Origin: Octopus vulgaris
Lineage: Eukaryota
Direction of reading: 5' to 3'
Length of the DNA: 64,000 nt
Assembly (NCBI GenBank): GCA_951406725.2
Contig: OX597821.1
Location: forward strand, 94,612,001-94,676,000
Made by a program: the position numbers and the translations under genes. The notes under the pieces were generated by a model. It was not told the DNA's origin and did not search any database. It worked only from the letters and a program-made list of their open reading frames with translations. Positions 55,535-64,000 of this stretch are shown here, piece by piece. Every line of letters begins with the position of its first letter. The first letter of the stretch is position 1.

Positions 55535-55655
55535 ACTTATCTGCCTATTTGTTTGTCGGTCAATCTGACTGTTTGTCTGTCTATCTATCGGTCTACCTAT
55601 CTAGCTATCCATCGATCGATCGATCTATCTACTTACCTATGCACCTATGTAAATA

Positions 55656-55823
55656 CGAGTCTAGGACATTTACCCCCTAAGGACAATTACCTCCGAGGAC
55701 AACAGATGATGATTTAAAACTTGCTAATATAGTGGAGAGGGGGTAATTAACCAAGGGGGGTAATTGTCCTAGGGGGTAGTTGTCGTTGGAGGAATTGTCC
55801 TAGAGAGTAGTTGTCTTGATACG
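55656..55823. mobile_element. Small foldback MITE with subterminal GGACAATTACCCCC repeats
   Basis: Three ggaca(a/t)ttacc-type units on the left face four or five inverted gggggtaattgtcc-type units on the right. Ends cgagtctaggaca / tgtcttgatacg. Confidence 0.7.
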
Positions 55824-56303
55824 CTATATACTCATTATGTATCATTCTATCTCAATCAATCTATCGGCCTGTCTATCTATTTGTCTGTCAGTCTGTCTGC
55901 ATCTCCTTCTCTCTCTCTCTCTTTATCTATCTAGCTGTCTATCTATCAGTCTGTCTGTCTATTTGTCTGTCTGACTCTCTCTATCTCTCTATCTATCTAT
56001 CTATCTGTCTATCTATATCTATCTCTCTATCTATCTATCTATCGATCGATCGATCGATCGGTTTGTCTGCCTGTCTGTCTGCCTTCCGCCTGTCTGTCTG
56101 ACTGTTTGCCTACCTGTCTGCCTAACTTTTTACCTGCCTGCCTGCCTGTCTGTCTGATTATAGATAGATTATCTGTCCATCTATCTATATATTTTTCTCC
56201 CTACCTAACTACCTGTCTGTGTGTCTGCCTGTCAGTCTGTTCATCAATCTTTCTCTCTCTCTCTCTCTCTCTAGCTATCGGACTGTCTGTCTGTCTGCCC
56301 CTC

Positions 56304-56409
<106 letters not shown>

Positions 56410-56659
56410 AAGCTGTCGTTTGTCTATCTATTTATCTGTCTGTTTCTTTCTCTCTGTTTATCTATTTATCTATCTATCTACCTGTTTATCGAACTGTCTA
56501 TCTCTTTCTCTATTTTATCCATCTATCTACCTGTTTGTCGAACTGTCTGTCTCTTTCTCTATTTTACCTGTCTATCCATCTATCTACCTATCAATCTGTC
56601 TATTATATAACTGATTATCCCGTCCATTTCGAGCATGAGGAGTCCAACCGGCAGCTGCT

Positions 56660-56830
56660 AGACTACACTTCGGTGGTGTAGACATGTGTAGTAGCAGTTA
56701 CAATTTTTGGAAATGCTGATGACAGAAGATTGGCACAAATGTTTGCCACGAATTCGATAAACGACACACCTCGGCATTTTCTATTAGAGTTTTCGATCTC
56801 CTGGGTTAGTTGCATTGGCGACGGCTTAGA
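56660..56830 (-). mobile_element. Decayed RTE-like LINE RT fragment
   Basis: ORF text NSNRKCRGVSFIEFVANICANLL resembles the RT motif NYRGISLLSIxGKIxARIL. Confidence 0.5.
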
Positions 56831-56904
56831 GGCTAACCCACCCAAGTAAGCTAATTGCACACTTGGTTACCAAACCAGAAATTTCTAAGTCTATATCTTC
56901 TACC

Positions 56905-57150
56905 TTTTATCGTTTAGTTGTTTCAGTCATTTGACTATGGCCACGCTGGAGCAACAACACGAAAGGGTTTTTGGTCAAACAAATCGACCCTGGGGCTATT
57001 TTTTTATAAAGCCTAATACTTATTATACTGCTGTGTTTTGCCGAACGGCTATGTTACAGGGATATAAACACACCATCACCGGTTGTCATGCAGTAAGGAA
57101 GGAGGGGACAGACACAGATACAAAGACACACACACAAACACAAACATAAC
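56905..57150 (-). mobile_element. Decayed SINE family B, 3' half
   Basis: ttgtttcagtcatttgactatggccacgctggagca...ttttgccgaacggcta. Confidence 0.75.
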
Positions 57151-57155
57151 TGAGA

Positions 57156-57208
<53 letters not shown>

Positions 57209-57479
57209 TGTGTCTGTGTCAGTGTATGTGTGCATCTGTAAAACTCGAGAAATACTCAATTCATTTCATTCAAATTTTACAGATGACTTACTTATATATA
57301 TACATGGATTGTCATTGACCCAAAAATTTTTCGACATCTTGCGCAATACAAGCCCAGAGCAATCTCTTATGTCTTACATTCTTTCAGTATTACGTGTCAA
57401 AAGTGAAACAATAACATTTCTATTGTAATGTGATATAATAGTCTCACTATTTCATGGTTTCAATTTCAATTACTTCCAG

Positions 57480-57569
57480 TATGTATATATATATATATAT
57501 ATATGCAATAATATATATATATACACATATATATATATGTATATATCTATATCTTTGTATATATATATA

Positions 57570-57633
<64 letters not shown>

Positions 57634-57801
57634 TGCACATATATGTATATATAAGTATATATATGTATGTATATGTGTATATATGTATATGTGTATATAT
57701 ATATATATGTATATGTGTATATGTATATATATATATATGTATATGTATATGTGTATATATATCTATATGTATATATATATATATGTGTATATATATCTAT
57801 A

Positions 57802-57834
<33 letters not shown>

Positions 57835-58034
57835 GGATATATATATATCTGTATGTATATACATATATATACATATACATGCATATATATGTATATATGT
57901 ATATATGTATGTATATATTAATAGTTATCGCCATACTAATATCGCAGTCTATAAATATAAGACTAAAGCTGTCGCTGATTAGCTCCAAGAGGCCATCGCC
58001 TCTAGCTAGCTATATGACACACGAACCTGCGTCC

Positions 58035-58123
<89 letters not shown>

Positions 58124-58188
58124 ATATACACATACATATGTGCGTGTGTTTGTATGTATGTATATATATACAGATATATATATGTATA

Positions 58189-58259
<71 letters not shown>

Positions 58260-58281
58260 CTACATATATATATATATATAT
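57480..58281. repeat. Long complex (TA)/(TG) microsatellite region
   Basis: Direct inspection; source of the spurious YI/CV-rich ORFs. Confidence 0.95.
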
Positions 58282-58282
58282 C

Positions 58283-58442
58283 TAGGCATGGGCGTGGCTG
58301 TGTGCTAAGAAGCTTACTTCCCAAACACATTTCGGGTTCAGTCCCACTTCGTGGCACCTTGGGCAAGTGTCTACTACTATAGCCTTGGGCCGACCAAAGC
58401 CATGTCAGTGAATTTGGTTGATGGAATCTAAATGAAATCTGT

Positions 58443-58519
<77 letters not shown>

Positions 58520-58680
58520 TGTGTGTGAGTGTTTTTGTCTGTGTTTGTTCCCCCCTATATCGCTTAGAAACCAATGTTGGTGTGTTCACGTTGGGGTAAT
58601 GTTGCGGTTCGGCAGAAGATATCGATAGAATAAGCACCAAGCTTACAAAGAATAAGTCCCGGAGCTTCAGCATGGCCACA
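58283..58680 (+). mobile_element. Decayed SINE family B
   Basis: ggcgtggctgtgtgctaagaagc...ggttcagtccc...ccttgggcaagtgtc...cttacaaagaataagtcc. Confidence 0.8.
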
Positions 58681-58689
58681 CTAAAGTTA

Positions 58690-59086
58690 TCTTTTACAAC
58701 AATGACCTTCTCAGGATCTCCAATATTTTGAAATAATAAACGGAAACAAGGGTAAATGGGGTTGAAAAAAAGTTATAAATTTTCGTGTTAATTCTGTTTT
58801 TTTATTTTTTTTGCGGAAGTTGTTTCTGCCATTGTTTTTAAGTACGCAGGTGCAAAAATTATTGGCCAAAACAGGTCCAGAGATGTGAATTCATAAATTT
58901 TCTTTTTTTTTTTTTAATATAAAAATCTTCTCCCCATCATTTCCAAGGGTGTGGTGAAAGAAAAATATAGAAAAAATCCCCGTCAGAACGAAGAAAATCC
59001 AACACATATGTGGGCGTACTATTCGGAAAGTCCGCCAAGGCATTCAATTATCAAAGTTGCCCGGCAACGGCGGGATACTTAGCAAG
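58690..59086 (+). mobile_element. Decayed Helitron-like 3' portion
   Basis: Hairpin cccggcaacggcggg followed by atacttagCAAG|T, paralleling the 3' end of the 16741-17124 Helitron. Left boundary approximate. Confidence 0.5.
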
Positions 59087-59340
59087 TATTTTATATGAAG
59101 TGAAATTCTTTTAAACTGAAATTGAAATTGATTTGTGGTTTTCTGGCGCCTTGGGAATTTAATTCTTACTCAACCTCCATACAATATTTCTGCGATAGAA
59201 AGGAACTATGAAAGAAAGGAAAATTTCATATTTTGCACCAGAAATTAGAATCTCACTTTCGGTTTGGAATCACGCGCGTACACAAACACATACACACGCA
59301 TACACCCTCGCCCTTTCTCACCTTCTCCCCCTTCTCTCCG

Positions 59341-59388
<48 letters not shown>

Positions 59389-59406
59389 TTATATATATAC
59401 ACACAC

Positions 59407-59511
<105 letters not shown>

Positions 59512-59950
59512 CATATTTATTAAATATTAATAAAAATATACATATACTTATATTAAGTTCTATTTTTGCTGTTTGCACCACCAAACCTGTATATATTTAC
59601 ACACACACACACACACACAGACACACACACACTCACACGCACACACGCACGCACGCACGCACATACACTTACACAAACACATTTCCATATTCTCGCATAC
59701 GTATATGTGTGAATGTGTGGATGTGTGGGAGTGTTTTCCAGTTAATTACCGAGTTCGTTAACTATATTTAGTTATACAATCACCCGTTTGTTAAGTTTTT
59801 CATTCTAGAATAAAATATGCTAAATTTATTTCTCTGACTAAGTCTGAGTTTCCATCTTTTCCTCGTTATTAAATTAGACTCTCTATGTTCAAATCTTGCC
59901 GAAGCTGACTTCAATTTTTATCTTTCTATGGTCTATTAAATAGTATTGAA

Positions 59951-60342
59951 AGGAGGAGGAAGCACTCCGTCGGTTGCGACGACGAGGGTTCCGGTTGATC
60001 CGAATCAACGGAACAGCCTGCTCATGAAATTAACGTGTAAGTGGCTGAGCACTCCACAGACACGTGCACCCTTAACGTAGTTCTCGGGGATATTCAGCGT
60101 GACACAGAGCGTGACAAGGCCAGCCTCTTGAAATACAGGTACAACAGAAACAGGAAGTAAGAGTGAGAGAAAGTTGTGGTGAAAGAGTACAGCAGGGATC
60201 ACCACCATCCCCTGCCGGAGCCGCGTGGAGCTTTTAGGTGTTTTCGCTCAATAAACACTCACAACGCCCGGTCTGGGAATCGAAACCGCGATCCTATGAC
60301 CGCGAGTCCGCTGCCCTAACCACTGGGCCATTGCGCCTCCAC
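59951..60342 (-). mobile_element. SINE family C, full length
   Basis: tRNA-like head GGAGGCGCAATGGCCCAGTGGTTAGGGCAGCGG...GTTTCGATTCCC. 13-bp TSD aaatagtattgaa at 59938-59950 and 60343-60355. Confidence 0.92.
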
Positions 60343-62512
60343 AAATAGTATTGAATAATACTCATTCGAATCAAATCGACTGTCAGTCACACTAAACTTA
60401 GCATGTTTTGGGGACAGTCTTTCTGTAGTCACTGGTAAGGCCATCGAGTACCTTCTCTAATAACTCTGTCTCTCTGTCTCTGTCTGTCTGTTTCTCTCTC
60501 TCTCTCTCTCAATCTCTCTCCCCCTCTCTCTCTTTCAGTTACCCGATGGTCATCAAGTACTCAATGCTTATTTTCTCATACGGTGTCCAAAGAACTTAGC
60601 ACGTTGTCTCTTTATGTTGTTCAGAATCTTTCTGGGTACCTTTGCCTGTCTAAAGCTCGAACATTCTATTTGCCACTCTATTTTTCACTTTCAGAATTCA
60701 TCTAAAGAACCGTATCTCTGTAGCATTGATAACTTTTTGAACTTGTCTGATTGTGTTTCAGATTAGACAACCGTACGTATAGATGATTTCTATCTATAAC
60801 CCCAGGACTCTGTTTTTATTTTTAGTGATAGCATTTGACAACACATATGTGATCCAATCTAAATCAGCTTTGCCCTATTCAATTCTTGACTTAATTTCCC
60901 GTATAGGTTACCCGTCCAGGTGGGTAACCTATACTTCAAGGAAACCGGGAAACCGGCCCTTATGAGCCAGGCATGGCTCGAGAAGGAAAAACAAAAACAA
61001 CAATTAATGGTACTAATCAAGGTTGGTATTTCCCTGTTCTTTTCATTTGGACTGTGTGTTTTGTCCTCCTATCTGTATATGATGGATATTTAAAATATTA
61101 CGTAATTAATTTATTGTGTAGTGATGACAAGTCTAGCGATAATATATACTCTTCTCGTACTCATAATCGTATTCATTCCCGTGCGTAGAATACAAACTAA
61201 TAAAATTTTCAGAAAATTCCAAAAAAATAAATAAGTTATGAGGGGGTTATATGGAATGCGTAAAACAGAATCCCGCCAATATTTCATATGTTTACAGCTG
61301 ACAACACTCGCTGGTCACACACAAAATGACAGCTTCCAAAATCCTGTTTTCTGGCTGGGTAAGATTATCAAACTTTAAACCTCTATATCATTTAAAAAGA
61401 AAATTTCTAGGAAAAGTGAAATATCTTCTGAGATTCAGCTTGGATAATTACATTAATACACCAAATGAAAAAAATTTTAATACACTTTGAAATTTCCACA
61501 AATGCTACCAAACAGAAAAGATACTAGAAAATATTTTTACAATTTTTTAATATAAACATCAAATGGCTATGAGGATCCATCTGAGCAAAATAGGAATCAA
61601 AAGAGTCCATTGGTAAAAAATAATTGATGAACACTGCTCCAGCTCTTAATTTCTCACAACTAGGACAACTAAACCACATTCATCTGGTTCCTCAATTAAA
61701 GCAGATATGTGTTTGCTGTTTAGTCAAAAAGGGATGGACAGCGTCTGGCATTTAAAAGTTGTGAGAAGTGGGGAAAATCATATGCAGAACGGATTTATTT
61801 TCATGCTTTATAACAATGTGTTGAATGAACTACATTCGTCTATTATCTACTTCCTCGTTGACCAAAGTAGGTGGTCCACATTGGCCTTGTAATCATAGCT
61901 TGATATCAGGATGCAGTCATGCCTGCGTGGTTAAGTAGTCTGGTTCGAAACCATGGGGCTCCAGTTTCGATCCCACAGTGCTATTCTCTGAGCAATTGCC
62001 TTCAACCATAACTTTGGCAGTGAAATTCAGCAGACGAAAATTGTGCGGAAACCCAATGTTTCATGTATATATATATGTATTTGTGTGTAGATATATATAT
62101 ATATATGGGGGTATTTGTCTCCCCTTCGTAAATGTATATAAGGACACAGGAAAAATGTGTCAAAGCCATCAGGAGGCGTCGATGCTTCCTAGGGCTAAAC
62201 AGCGGTGGTGTACCCCCCTACTGTCACGTTCGTGTTAGATTGACAGTATACAACCATTCTATATATATTCATTTATCTATATATTAATTTATAGATAATA
62301 TATATTATCCATATATTAATTTATCTATATATTAATGTATGTGTGTATATAATGTGTGCGTGCGTGCGCATGTATATCTCATTCTGATTTATATAACAAA
62401 GTGTATAAATATCAACGAGGTAAGAAAATACAACTATACGTTGCTAACCAAGTCCCGTGAAATATGCCTTTTTTATCGAATTACAGACATACTCTTATCA
62501 GAAACAATACAT

Positions 62513-62812
62513 AGGAGCACTCCGTCGGTTGCGACGATGAGGGTCCCAGCTGATACGATCAACGGAACAGCTTGCTCGTGATATTTACGTGCAAGTGGCT
62601 GAGCATTCCACAGACACGTGTACCCTTAACGTAGTTCTCGGGGAGATTCAGCGGGACACACAGGATGTGACAAGGCTGGCCCCTTGAAATACATGTACAA
62701 GAGAAACAGGAAGAAAGAGTGAGAGAAAGTTGTGAAAGAGTACAGCAGGGTTCACCACCACCCACTGCCGGAGCCTCGTGGAGCTTTAGGTGTTTTCGCT
62801 CAATAAACACTC
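62513..62812 (-). mobile_element. 5'-truncated SINE family C
   Basis: Colinear with 59958-60260. Confidence 0.88.
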
Positions 62813-63589
62813 GAATTAACTCGGTGCTCAGAAGTACAATGAATCGTCAGCAGTAGATTTGAACGCATAACCTATCGCACATGAGCAAGTGGCCTACTAA
62901 CCTGACCCACTCAGCCATAACATCCTATCGTCAGATATTATATGAGCCAATGTATAATAAAACATGACCATTTTCATTAGAGTGGAAATTTTTTTAATAA
63001 CTCTGCTGCTACTACTATTTCTATTTTTTTAGTACTTATGTATGTTAATCAGTGTTGACTAATTTACATTCCAGCCCAGTAACTATAATATATACAACGA
63101 AGAAAGAGAGGAGCCTCTTCGAAAGCTGGTCGGCTGACCTGCTAGAAACAACGGCTAAATCTCTTTCAAATGGCACGTTATGTTGTTGATTTTACACGCT
63201 TAAAATATAAGATCACATTGGACAGTGCTGTACACAATGCATAAAAACATGGAATGATCACCTAGGCTGGAGTGCATACGGTCACAGGTCTACTCCGTGA
63301 GGACTGAAGCGTATTCATACATACATACATACATACAAATGGATAAACTGGGATTTATAGATAAACTGGGATTTCGAAATGACAAATTGACCGGTTGATT
63401 CGTACATTACAAGTGTAATCTGTGAGTGGCACAGTAAAAATATGCAAGATTTTTCTCAAGTTCCAAATGTGAATTTGTCTGTGTTAACTACATCCCAAAG
63501 ATGGAGCCTTGTATCTTTATTGGAAAGTGGCTCCCTCCTCAGTAGAAGATTTATAATGATTTAAAAATAGAGACAAACATACTTAAAAT

Positions 63590-63754
63590 CTGTACGTATA
63601 CATACATACATACATACATACATACATACATACATACACACATACAAAAATACCCTGTTGATGTTGTGGAAATTCCAGTGAAGGAGCCTTGGATCCACAT
63701 TGGAAACCGGCCCTTTCTCTATTGGCAAGAAATCTTGAAATAAATCTGAATAAG

Positions 63755-63785
<31 letters not shown>

Positions 63786-63937
63786 CATACATACATACGT
63801 ACGTACGTACGTACGTACGTACATACATACATACATACATACATACATACATACATACATACGTACGTACGTACGTACATACATACATACATACATACAT
63901 ACATACATACATACATACGTACGTACGTACATACATA
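63590..63937. repeat. (TACA)n/(TACG)n microsatellite
   Basis: Direct inspection. Confidence 0.9.
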
Positions 63938-64000
63938 TCATTTTTCCATCTTTTTTTTTTACATTTTACTTGTTTCAGTCGCTAGACTTCGGCCATGCTG

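Noticed and set aside
57447-58366. Long ORFs up to 240 aa (YI/CV/THTH/LSIY/RERE-rich), here and throughout the window
   Set aside because: Translations of dinucleotide and tetranucleotide microsatellites that simply lack stop codons.
60560-60900. Possible LINE RT relic (minus-strand DLDWITYVLSNA)
   Set aside because: Too degenerate to assign without a profile search.

Overview
AT-rich, repeat-dense eukaryotic DNA. The tRNA-derived SINE families and very abundant (TA)n/(GA)n/(GATA)n/(ATT)n microsatellites suggest an octopus (cephalopod) genome; this is an inference. Only one protein-coding gene is supportable: a minus-strand gene with two coding exons (45970-45701 and 15445-14882, about 30.3 kb phase-0 intron, 277 aa). 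It belongs to the LURAP1/FAM89 leucine-rich adaptor family and probably has a 3' UTR of up to about 5 kb. The rest is mobile DNA: several SINE families (dimeric, nested and tail-swapped copies), mariner and hAT elements/MITEs, non-autonomous Helitrons, decayed RTE-type LINEs and a 14x51-bp minisatellite. The most notable hidden signal is at least 5-7 minimal type I hammerhead-ribozyme motifs. Most lie in hairpin or (TA)n-flanked fragments that resemble Penelope-like element ends, and one is sense-oriented in the gene's putative 3' UTR. Nearly all other listed ORFs are microsatellite or SINE artefacts.
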